A stretch of 64,000 nt of DNA from assembly GCA_964016885.1 (NCBI GenBank), contig OZ024740.1, positions 34,596,001 to 34,660,000 on the forward strand. Direction: 5' to 3'. This stretch comes from Eledone cirrhosa. Its lineage: Eukaryota. The translations under genes were made by a program, and so were the position numbers. Shown here piece by piece: positions 33,001 to 46,477 of this stretch (position 1 is its first letter; every line of letters starts with the position of its first letter). The notes beneath the pieces are model-generated. The model was not told the DNA's origin, searched no databases, and worked only from the letters and a program-made list of their open reading frames with translations.

Positions 33001-36000
33001 ACAAACTGTCAAAACTAATATATCTATATTGTACACTTTATCAGATATATACACTTCACAACACTGTCACAACTAATATATCTGTATTGTACACTTTACC
33101 TGTTATATACACCTCACAACACTGTCACAACTAATATATCGATACTCTATACATTATCAGTTATCGACACCTCACAAAAATGTCACACCTAATATATTTA
33201 TATTGTACACTCTAATTGTTATATACACTTCACAACATTTTCATAACTAATATATCTATATTGAACATTTTATTTGTTATACACAACTCACAGCATTGTC
33301 AAAACTAATATGTCTATATTGTACACATTATCTGTTATATACCCTTCACAACACTGTCACAAATAATATATCTATATTGTACAATTCATCTGTTATACAC
33401 GCCTCTCATCACTGTCAAAACTAATATATCTATATTGTACACTTTATCTGGTATATACCCTTCACAACACTGTCACAACTAATATATCAATATTGAACAC
33501 TTTATCTGTTATATACACCTCACAACACTGTCAAAACTAATATATTTTTTATTGTACACTTTACCTGTTATATACACTTATCAACACTGTCACAACTAAT
33601 ATATCTGTATTGTAAAATTTATCTGTTATATACACCTGACAACACTGTCACGACTAATATACTTATATTGTACACTTTATCTGTTATATACACTTCACAA
33701 CATTGTCACAACTAATATATCTATACTGTATACATTACCTCTTATATACACCTCACAACTAATTTATCTATATTGTACACTCTATCTGTTATATACACTT
33801 CACAACAGTATCACAACTAATATATCTATATTGTACACTTTACCTGTTATATATACCTCACAACACTGTCACAAATAATATATCTATAATGTAAACTTTG
33901 CCTGTTATATACCCTTCACAACACTGTTACAACTAATATATCTGTATTGTACACTTTACCTGTAATATACACTTCACAACACTGTCACAACTAATATATC
34001 TGTATTGTACACTTTATCTGTTATATACACCTCACAGCACCGTCACAACTAACACATCTCTACTGTACACTTTATCTGTTATATACACTTCACAACACTG
34101 TCACAACTAATATCTGTTATATACACATCACAACACTGTCACAACTAATGTAGCTGTATTGTACATTTCATCTGTTATATACACCTCACAGCACTGTCAC
34201 AACTAATATATCTGTATTGTAGGCTTTATCTTTTATATACACTTCACAACAGTGTCACAAGTAATATATGTATATAGTAAACTTTACCTGTTATATACAC
34301 TGCACAACACTGTCACAACTAATATATCTGTATTGTACACTTTATCTATTATATACACTTCACAACACTGTCACAACTAATATATCTGATATGTACAATT
34401 TATCTGTTATATACACTTCACAACACTGTCACCACTAATATATCTGTAATTTTCACTGTATCTGTTATATACACCTCACATCCCTGCAACAAGTAAAATA
34501 TCTATACTGTACATTTTATCTGTTATATACACCTCACAATACTGTCACAACTAATATATCTGTATTGTACACTTTATCTGCTATATACACCTCACAACTA
34601 ATATATATATATTGTACACTTTATTTGTTATATACACTTCATACCACTGTCACAACTAATACATCTCTACTGTAAACATTATCTGTTATATACACTTCCC
34701 AACACTGTCACAACTAATATATTTGTACTGTATCCATTATCTGTTATATACACTTAACAACACTGTCACAACTAATATATCTGTACTGTACCATTTATCT
34801 GCTATATACACCTCACAACTAATATATCTATATTGTACACTTTATCAGTTATATACACTTCACAACACTGTCACAACTAATATATCTGTATTGTACACTT
34901 TATCTGTTATATTCACCTCACAGCACCGTCACAACTAATACATCTCTACTGTACACTTTATCTGTTATATACACTTCACAACACTGTCACCACTAATATA
35001 TCTGTACTGTACACTTTACCTGTTATATACACCTCACAACACTGTCACAACTAATATATCTATATTGTACACTTTATCTGTTATATACACCTCACAACAC
35101 TGTCAAAACTAATATATCTATATTGTACACCTTTTCTGTTATATACACTTCACAACAGTCACAACTAATATATCTGTACTGTACACTTTATCTGCTATAT
35201 ACCCCTCACAACTAATATATCTATATTGTACACTCTATCAGTTATATACACTTCACAACACTGTCACAACTAATATATCGTTATCGTACACTTCCTCCGT
35301 TATATACATCTCACAGCCCTCTCACAACGAATAAATCTCTACTGTACACTTTATCTGTTATATACACTTCCCAACAATGTCACAACTAATAAATATATCT
35401 GTACTGTACACTTTATCTGTTATATACACTTCACAACATTGTCATGACTAATATATCTATATTGTACACATTATTTGTTATATACAACTCACAACACTGT
35501 CACAACTAATATATCCGTATTGTACACTTAATCTGTTATACAAACCTTACAACATTGTCACAACTAATATATCTGTATTGTACACTTTGCCTGTTATATA
35601 CACTTCACATCATTGTCACAACTAATATATCTATACTGTACATTTTATCTGTTATATACACCTCACAACACTGTCACAACTAATATATCCGTATTGTACA
35701 CTTTATCCGCTATATACACTTCACAACACTGTCACTACTAATATATCTGTATTGTACACTTTATCTGTTATATACACATCACAGAACTGTCACAACTAAT
35801 ACATCTCATTTGTACACTTTATCTGTTATATACACTTCACAACACTGTCACAACTAATATATATGTACTGTACACTTTATCTGTTATATACACTACACAA
35901 CACTGTCACAACTAATATACCTGTATTGTATCCATTATCTGTTATATACACTTAACAACACTGTCACAACTAATATATCCGTATTGTACACTTTATCCGT

Positions 36001-38680
36001 TATATACACTTCACAACACTGTAACAACATATATATTCGCATTGTACAATTTATCTGTTATATACAACTCACAACACTGTCACAACTAATATATTTATAT
36101 TGTACACTTTAACTGTTATATACACGTCACAACACTGTCACAGCTAATATAAGTATATCGTACATGTTACTTGTTATATACACATCACTGTAAGAACTAA
36201 TATATCTCTACTGTACACATTATCGGTTTTATATACCTCACAACTAATATATGTGTATTGTAAACTTTATATGTTATATACACTTCACAAAACTGTTACA
36301 ACTAATATATCTGTATTGTACACATTACCTGTTATATACACCTTACAACACTGTCACAACTAATATATCTGTATTGTACACTTTATCTGTTATATACACA
36401 TGAGAACACTGTCTCAACTAATATATCTATATTGTAACCTTTATCTGTTTTATATATCTCACAACACTGTCACAACTAATATATCTATATTGTACACTTT
36501 ATCTGTTATATACACCTCACAACACTGTCGCAACTAATATATCTGTATTGTACACGTTATCTGCTATATACACTTCACAACACTGTCACAACACATATAT
36601 TCGTATTGTACATATTATCTGTTATATACACCTCACAACACTGTCACAAGTAATATATTTATATTGTACACTTTATCTGTTATATACACGTCACAACACT
36701 GTCACAACTAATATATCTCTACTGTACACTTTATCGGTTATATACACCTCACAACTAATATATGTATATTGTAAACTTTATATGTTATATACACTTCACA
36801 ACACTGTTACAACTAATATATCTGTATTGTACACTTTACCTGTTATATTCACCTCACAACACTGTCACAACTAATATATCTATATTGATCACTTTATCTG
36901 TTATATACACCTCACAGCACTTTCACAACAAATACATTTCTTCTGTACACTGTATCTGTTATTTACAATTCACACACTGTCACAACTAATATATCCGTAT
37001 TGTACACATTATCCGTTATATACACTTCACAACACTGTCACAACTAATATATCTATATCGTACACTTTACCTGTTATATACACCTCACAACACTGTCACA
37101 ACTAATATATCTCTCTTGTACACGTTATCTGTTATATACACATCACAACACTGTCACAACATATATATTCGCATTGTACACTTTATCTGTTATATACACC
37201 TCACAACACTGTTACAACTAATATATTTATGTTGTATATTTTACCTGTTCTATACACATCACAACACTGTCATAACTAATATATCTCTACTTTACACTTT
37301 ATCGGTTATATACACCTCACAACTAATATATGTACATTGTAAATTTATGTTATATACACCTCACAACTCTATCACAACTAATATATCTATACTGTACACA
37401 TTATCTGTTATATACACTTCACAACACTGTCACAACTAATATATCTGTATTGTACACTTAATCTGTTATATAAACTTTACAACACTGTCACAACTAATAT
37501 ATCTGTATTGTAAACTTTACCTATTATATACACTTTACAACATTGTCACAACTAATATATCTATACTGTACGATTTACCTGTATATACACCTCACAACAC
37601 TGTCACAATTAATATATCTATATTGTATATTTTATCTGTTACATATTTTCAGAACACTGTCACAACAAATATATATATTGTACAATTTATCTGTTATATA
37701 CACCTCACAGCACTATCACAACTAATACATCACTTCTGTACATTTCATCTGTTTTATACACTTCATAACACTGTCACAACTAATATATCTGTACTGTACA
37801 CTTTATCTGTTATTTACCCTTCAGAACACTGTTACAACTAATATATCTCTACTGTACACCTTATCTGTTATATACACCTCACAACACTGTCGCAACTAAT
37901 ATACCTATATTGTACACTTTATCTGTTATATATACCTCACAACACTGTCTCAACTAATATATCTATATTGTACACTTTACCTGTTATATACACCTCACAG
38001 CACCGCCACAACTAATACATCTCGACGGTACACTTTATCTGTTATATACGCTTCCCAACACTGTCACAACTAATATATCTATATTGCACACTTTATCTGT
38101 TATATACACTTCCCAAAACTGTCACAACTAATATATTTCAACTGTACCCTTTATCTGTTATATACACTTCACAACATTGTCATAAGTAATATATCTGTAT
38201 TGTACACTTTACCTGTTATATACACTTCACAACACTGTCACAACTAATATATCTATATTGTACAAACGTCCTGTTATATACACATCACAACACTGTCACA
38301 ACTAATATATCTATATTGTACACTTTATCTGTTATATACACTTCACAACACTGTTACAAATAATATATCTGTATTTTACACTTAATCTGTTATATAAACC
38401 TTACAACACTGTCACAACTAATATATCTGTATTGTACACTTTATCTGTTATATACACCTCACAACACTGTCACTATTAATATATCTATATTGTACACTTT
38501 ATCTGTTATATACACCTCACAGCACTTTCACAACAAATACATTTCTTCTGTACACTTTTTCTGTTATTTACACTTCACACACTGTCACAACTAATATATC
38601 CGTATTGTACACATTATCCTTTATATACACTTCACAACACTGTCACAACTAATATATCTATATTGTACACTTTACCTGTT
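28380..38680. repeat. Older ~3.4-kb block duplicated at about 6.8-6.9 kb offset (28380-31900 versus 35270-38680)
   Basis: Marker offsets: 28387/35279 (6892), 29652/36548 (6896), 30278/37116 and 30705/37543 (6838), 31741/38521 (6780). The later offsets step by one 58-nt monomer. Confidence 0.85.
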
Positions 38681-41600
38681 ATATACACCTCACAACACTG
38701 TCACAACATATATATTCGCATTGTACACTTTATCTGTTATATACACCTCACAACCCTGTTACAACTAATATATTTATATTATAACTGTATCTGTTATATA
38801 CACGTCACAACACTGTCACAACTAATATATCTATATTGTATATTTTACCTGTTCTATAAACATTACAACACTGTCATAACTAATATATCTCTACTTTACA
38901 CTTTATCGGTTATATACACCTTACTACTAATATATGTATATTGTAAGTTTATGTTATATACACCTCACAACACTATCACAACTAATATATCTATACTGTA
39001 CACATTATCTGTTATATACACTTCACAACACTGTCACAACTAATATATCTGTATTGTACACTTAATCTGTTATATAAACCTTACAACACTGTCACAACTA
39101 ATATATCTGTTTTGTACACTTTACCTGTTATATACACTTTACAACATTGTCACAACTAATATATTTATACTGTACGATTTACCTGTATATACACCTCACA
39201 ACACTGTCACAATTAATATATCTATATTGTACATATTATCTGTTATATACTCTTCAGAACACTGTCACAACTAATATCTATATTGTACATTTTATCTGTT
39301 ATATACACCTCACAGCACTGTCACAACTAATACATCTCTTCTGTACATTTCATCTGTTTTATACACTTCATAACACTGTCAAAACTAATATATCTGTACT
39401 GTACACTTTATCTGTTATTTACCCTTCACAACACTGTCACAACTAATATATCTGTATTGTACACTTTATCTGTTATATACACTTCACAACACTGTTACAA
39501 CTAATATATCTGTGTTGTACACTTTACCTGTTATATACACTTCACAACACTGTCACAACTAATATATCTATATTGTACACTCTATCTGTTATATACACTT
39601 CACAGCACTGTCACAACTAATACATCTCTTCTGTACATTTCATCTGTTTTATACACTTCATAACACTGTCACAACTAATATATCTGTACTGTACACTTTA
39701 TCTGTTATTTACCATTCACAACACTGTCACAACTAATATATCTCTACTGTACACTTTATCTGTTATTTTCCCTTCACAACTCTGTCACAATTAATATATC
39801 TGTATTGTATCTGTTATATACACCTCACAGCACTGTCACAACTAATACATCTCTTCTGTACATTTCATCTGTTTTATACACTTCACAACACTGTTACAAC
39901 TAATATATCTGTGTTGTACACTTTACCTGTTATATACACTTCACAACACTGTTACAACTAATATATCTGTGTTGTACATTTTACCTGTTATATACACTTC
40001 ACAACACTGTCACAACTAATATATCTATATCGTACACTTTATCAGTTATATATATCTCACAACACTGTCACAACTAATATATCTATATTGTAACCTTTAC
40101 CAGTTATATACTGTTCACCACACTGTCACAACTAATATATCTGTATTGTACACACTATCTCTTATATACACTTCACAACACTGTCACAACTAATATATCC
40201 ATATTGTATACTTTATCTGTTATATATATCTCACAACACTGTCACGACTAATATATCTATATTGTAACCTTTACCAGTTATATACTGTTCACCACACGGT
40301 CACAACTAATATATCTGTATTGTACACACTATCTCTTATATACACTTCACAACACTATCACAACTAATATATCTATATTGTATAATTTACCTGTTATATA
40401 CAAATCACCACACTGTCACAACTAATATATCTATATTGTACAATTTATCTGTTATATACACTTCACAACACTGTCACAACTAATATATCTGTATTGTACG
40501 CTTTATCTGTTATATACACCTTACAACAATGTCACAACTAATATATCTCTACTGTACACCTTATCTGTTATATACACCTCATAACACTGTCACAGCTAAT
40601 ATATCTATATTGTACACTCTATCTGTTATATATATCTCACAACACTGTCACAACTAATATATCTATATTGTAACCTTTACCAGTTATGTACTGTTCACCA
40701 CACTGTCACAACTAATATACCTATATTGAACACTTTATCTGTTATATACACCTCACAACACTGTCTCAAATAATATATCTATATTGTACACTCTATCTGT
40801 TATATATATCTCACAACACTGTCACAACTAATGTATCTATATTGTAAACTTTACCTGTTATATAAACTTCACCACACTGTCACAACTAATATTTCTGTAT
40901 TGTACACTTTATCTGTTATATACACCTCACAACACTGTCACTATTAATATATCTATATTGTACACTTTATCTGTTATATACACCTCAAAGCACCGCCACA
41001 ACTAATATATCTGTATTGTACACTTTATCTGTTATATACACCTCACAAAACTGTCACTATTAATATATCTATATTGTACACTTTATCTGTTATATAAACC
41101 TTACAACACTATCACAACTAATATATCTGTATTGTACACTCTATCTGTTATATACACCTCACAACACTGTCACTATTAATATATCTATATTGTACACGTC
41201 ATCTGTTATATACACCGCACAGCACTTTCACAACAAATACATCTCTTCTGTACACTTTATCTCTTATTTACACTTCACACACTGTCACAACTAATATATC
41301 CGTATTGTACACTTTATCCCTTATATACACTTCACAACACTGTCACAACTAATATAACTATATTGAACACTTTACCTGTTATATACACATCACATCACTG
41401 TCATAACTAATATATCTCTACTTTACACTTTATCGGTTATATACACCTCACAACTAAGATATGTATATTGTAAACTTTATATGTTATATACACCTCACAA
41501 CACTATCACAACTAATATATCTATACTGTACACATTATCTGTTATATACACTTCACAACACCGCCACAACTAATATATTTGTATTGTACACTTAATCTGT

Positions 41601-44600
41601 TATATAAACCTTACAACACTGTAACAACTAATATATCTGTATTGTAAACTTTACCTTTTATATACACTTCACAACCTTGTCACAACTAATATATCTATAC
41701 TGTACGATTTACTTGTTATATTCACCTCACAACACTGTCACAATTAATATCTATATAGTACACTTTATCTGTTATATAGACCTCACAGCACTGTCACAAC
41801 TAATACATCTCTTGTGTACACTTCATCTATTTTATAGACTTCATAACACTGTCACACCTAATATATCTGTACTGTACACTTTATCTGTTATTTACCCTTC
41901 ACAACACTGTCACAACTAATATATCTGTATTGTAAATTTTATCTGTTATATACACTTCACAACACTGTTACAACTAATATATCTGTGTTGTACACTTTAC
42001 CTGTTATATACACTTCACAACACTGTCACAACTAATATTTCTGTATTGTACACTTTATCTGTTATATACACCTTACAACAATGTCACAACTAATATATCT
42101 CTACTGTACACTTTATCTGTTATATAAACCTCACAACACTGTCACAACTAATATTCCTATATTATATACGTTATCTGTTATATACACTTCACAACACTGT
42201 TACAACTAATATATCTGTGTTGTACACTTTACCTGTTATATACACTTCACAACACTGTCACAACTAATATTTCTGTATTGTACGCTTTATCTGTTATATA
42301 CACTTCCCAACACTGTCACAACTAATATATTTGAATTGTTTCCCTTTATCTGTTATATACAGTTCACAACACTGTCACAACTAATATATCTGTATTGTAC
42401 ACACCCTCACTTATATACACTTCACAACACTATCACAACTATTATATCTATATTGTACAATTTACCTGTTATATACACATCACGTCACTGTCACAACTAA
42501 TATATATCTACTGTACACTTTATCTGTTATATACACCTCACAACACTGTCACAACTAATATACCTATATTGTACACGTTATCTGTTATATACACCTCACA
42601 ACACTGTCTCAACTAATATATCTATAGTGTAAACTTTACCTGTTATATAAACTTCACCACACTGTCACAACTAATATTTCTGTAATGTACACTTTATCTG
42701 TTATATACACCTCACAACACTGTCACTATTAATATATCTATATTGTACACTTTATCTGTTATATACACCTCAAAGCACCGCCAGAACTAATACATCTCTA
42801 CGGTACACTTTATCTGTTATATACACTTCCCAACACTGTTACAACTAATATATCTGTATTTTACACTTAATCTGTTATATAAACCTTACAACACTGTCAC
42901 AACTAATATATCTGTATTGTACACTTTATCTGTTATATACACCTCACAAAACTGTCACTATTAATATATCTATATTGTACACTTTATCTGTTATACACAC
43001 CTCACAGCACTTTCACAACAAATACATCTCTTCTGTACACTTTATCTCTTATTTACACTTCACACACTGTCACAACTAATATATCCGTATTGTACACTTT
43101 ACCTGTTATATACACATCACATCACTGTCATAACTAATATATCTCTACTTTACACTTTATCGGTTATATACACCTCACAACTAAGATATGTATATTGTAA
43201 ACTTTATATGTTATATACACCTCACAACACTATCACAACTAATATATCTATACTGTACATATTATCTGTTATATACACTTCACAACACCGTCACAACTAA
43301 TATATCTGTATTGTACACTTAATCTGTTATATAAACCTTACAACACTGTCACAACTAATATATCTGTATTGTACACTTTACCTTTTATATACACTTCACA
43401 ACCTTGTCACAACTAATATATCTATACTGTACGATTTACTTGTTATATACACCTCACAACACTGTCACAATTAATATCTATATAGTACACTTTATCTGTT
43501 ATATAGACCTCACAGCACTGTCACAACTAATACATCTCTTCTGTACACTTCATCTATTTTATAGACTTCATGACACTGTCACAACTAATATATCTGTACT
43601 GTACACTTTATCTGTTATTTACCCTTCACAACACTGTCACAACTAATATATCTGTATTGTACACTTTATCAGTTATATACACTTCACAACACTGTTACAA
43701 CTAATATATCTGTGTTGTACACTTTACCTGTTATATACACTTCACAACACTGTTACAACTAATATTTCTGTATTGTACACTTTATCTGTTATATACACCT
43801 CACAGCACCGCCACAACTAATACATCTCTACTGTACACGTTATCTGTTATATACACTTCCCAACACTGTCACAACTAATATAATTGAACTGTACCCTTTA
43901 TCTGTTATATACACTTCACAACATTGTCATAAGTAATATATCTGTATTGTACACCGTCACTATTATACACACTTCAAAACACTGTCACAACTAATATATT
44001 TATATTGAACACTGTATCTGTTAAATATATCTCACAACACTGTCACAACTAATATATCTGTATTGTACACTTTACCTGTTATATACACCTCACAACACTG
44101 TCACAAATAATATATCTATATTGTACACTTTATCTGTTATATACACCTCACAACACTGTCACAACTAATATATCTATATTGTACACTTTATCTGTTATAT
44201 ACACCTCACAGCACTCTCACAACTAATACATCTCTACTGTACACTTTATCTGTTATATACACTTCACAACACTGTCACAACTAATACATCTGTATTGTAC
44301 ACTTTATCTGTTATATACACCTCACAACACTGTCTCAACTAATATACCTGTATTGTACACTTTATCTGTTATATACACCTCACAGCACTCTCACAACTAA
44401 TACATCTCTACTGTATACTTTATCTGTTATATACACTTCACAACACTGTCACAACTAATATATCTGTACTGTACACTTTATCTGCTATATACACCTCACA
44501 ACTAATATATCGTTATTGTACATTTCATCTGTTATATACACTTCACCACACTGTCACAACTAATACATCCCCACTGTACACTTTATCTGTTATATACACG

Positions 44601-46113
44601 TCACAACACTCTCACAACTAATATATCTATATTGTACACTTTATCTGTTATATACACCTTACAACACTGTCACAACAAATATATCTGTATTGTACACTTT
44701 ATCTGTTATATACACCTCACAGCACCGTCACAACTAATACATCTCTACTGTACACTTTATCTGTTATATACACTTCACAACACTGTCACAACTAATATTT
44801 CTGTACTGTACACTTTTTCTGTTATATACACCTCACAACTTATATATGTATATTGTACATTTCATCTGTTATATACACCTCACAGCACTGTCTCAACTAA
44901 TACATCTCTACTGTACACCTTATCTGTTATATACACTTCACAACACTGTCATAACTAATATATCTGTACTATACCCTTTATCTGTTATATACACTTCACA
45001 ACATTGTCATCATTAATATATCTATATTGTACACTTTATTTGTTATATACACCTCACAACACTGCCACAACTAATATACCTGTACTGTACACTTTACTTG
45101 TTATATACACTTCACAACACTTTCACTACGAATATATCTATACTGTACACTTTACTTGTTATATACACTTCACAACACTGTCACAACTAATATATCTATA
45201 TTGTACACTTTATCTGTTATATACACCTCACAACAATGCCACAATTAACATATCTGTATCGTACACTTTATCTGTTATATACACATCACAACACTGTCAC
45301 AACTAATATATCTATATTGTAAACTTTACCTGTTATATAGACTTCACAACACTGTCACAACTAATATATCTATATTGTACACTTTATCTGTTATATACAC
45401 TTCACAACACTGTCACAACTAATATATCTATATTGTAAACTTTACCTGTTATATAGACTTCACAACACTGTCACAACTAATATATTTATATTGAACACTT
45501 TATCTGTTATATACACTTCACAACACTGTCACAACTAATATATTTATATTGAACACTTTATCTGTTATATAGACTTCACAACACTGTCATAACTAATATA
45601 TCTATATTGTACAATTTATCTGTTATATACACTTCACAACACTGTCACAACTAATATATCTATATGGTACACTTTATCTGTTATATATATCTCACAACAC
45701 TGTCACAACTAATATATCTGTATTGTACACTTTATCTGTTATATACACCTCACAACACTGTCATAACTAATATATCTGTATTGAACACTTTACCTGTTAT
45801 ATATATCTCACAACACTGTCACAACTAATATATCTGTATTGTACACTTTATCTGTTATATATATCTCACAACACTGTCACAACTAATATATCTATATTCT
45901 ACACTTTATCTGTTATATATATTTCACAACACTGTCACAACTAATATATCTATATTCTACACTTTACCAGTTATATACACATCACAACACTGTCACAACT
46001 AATATATCTATATTGTACACTTTATCTGTTATATACATCTCACAACACTTTCACAACTAATATATTTATATTCTACACTTTACCTGTCATATACACATCA
46101 CAACAGTCACAAC
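28387..46113. repeat. Diverged (old) domain of the 58-bp array, subfamily 'gtacac...tatacac(c/t)tc'
   Basis: Consensus shifts to tctatattgtacactttatctgttatatacacctca, with many private substitutions and 47-nt deletion monomers. The first part of this domain is also copied at 25579-27252. Confidence 0.93.
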
Positions 46114-46129
46114 CAAGAGATATGTATTG

Positions 46130-46224
46130 AATTATTAATCCAGGGGTTAATTAAATAATGTACCAGTAATACACAGGTGTAATTGCTGACCTTGTGCCAA
46201 AAGTAGAAACAATTATTAATCCAG
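46130..46224. repeat. 14-bp direct repeat aattattaatccag (46130-46143 and 46211-46224)
   Basis: Exact 14-mer seen twice, 81 bp apart, at the right edge of the 58-bp array. Confidence 0.8.
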
Positions 46225-46266
46225 TCATATTCTACAAAGCATCTTTATATCAACATTTACTTTAAA

Positions 46267-46284
46267 CACACACACATATATATA
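46267..46284. repeat. Short compound microsatellite (CA)5(TA)4
   Basis: cacacacaca tatatata read directly. Confidence 0.8.
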
Positions 46285-46286
46285 AT

Positions 46287-46309
46287 CTTACTTCAAACAA
46301 ATTCTTCAG
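46287..46309 (+). promoter_or_regulatory. 3' splice site (candidate branch point cttAc at 46290; acceptor ttcttcAG)
   Basis: CAG|G at 46307-46310 is preceded by a short pyrimidine run, and there is no other AG for about 68 nt upstream. The branch point assignment is inferred. Confidence 0.85.
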
Positions 46310-46471
46310 GTTCAGAGTGGACGCACTACAATAGTCGTTGCTCACAGATTATCAACAATTCGATCAGCAGACAAGATCTTAGCTTTTAAGAGCGGAGAAA
46401 TTGTTGAAAGAGGATCACATGATGAATTAATGAAACTAGATGGATATTATGCTTCGCTTGTTAGGGCTCAG
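46310..46471 (+). CDS. ABCB1: Internal coding exon of an ABCB-subfamily (P-glycoprotein/MDR1-like) ABC transporter; C-terminal part of a nucleotide-binding domain (H-loop), most likely NBD1
   Basis: 162 nt = 54 codons with no stops: [54 protein letters not shown]. It contains the ABCB signature [16 protein letters not shown] and G.I.E.G.H.ELM...G.Y..LV..Q. It aligns without gaps, at roughly 60% identity, to human ABCB1 ARKGRTTIVIAHRLSTVRNAD...GIYFKLVTMQ as recalled from memory. It is flanked by cag| and |gtaaga. Exact orthology (ABCB1/4/5/11-like) cannot be resolved. Confidence 0.95.
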
Positions 46472-46477
46472 GTAAGA
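46469..46477 (+). promoter_or_regulatory. 5' splice donor CAG|GTAAGA
   Basis: Near-consensus donor (MAG|GTRAGT) exactly where protein homology ends; phase 0. Confidence 0.9.

Larger units (their letters stand above)
1..46113. repeat. 58-bp satellite/minisatellite tandem array (about 800 monomers; continues past the left edge)
   Basis: Head-to-tail monomer caacactgtcacaactaatatatctgtattgtaccctttatctgttatatagacttca (58 nt, 31% GC). A common 57-nt variant reads ...gtcacactaat.... The last recognisable monomer ends at about 46113 (caacagtcacaac). Confidence 0.99.
1..46309 (+). other. Inferred giant intron (>46.3 kb) upstream of the ABCB exon
   Basis: There is no unique sequence or other exon between position 1 and about 46113. 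The region ends in ttcttcAG. An in-frame TAA at 46283-46285, just upstream of the acceptor, shows that coding homology stops at the AG. Confidence 0.8.

Noticed and set aside
10811-45306. ORF-track peptides such as LIYLYCTLYLLYRLHNTVT and LYTLSVIYTSQHCHN
   Set aside because: These are translations of the 58/57-bp monomer. Frames shift with each monomer and stops recur. There is no domain similarity or codon-level constraint.
1-46113. Centromeric or telomeric identity of the 58-bp array
   Set aside because: There is no telomeric motif or recognisable CENP-B box. Higher-order structure alone does not establish centromere function.
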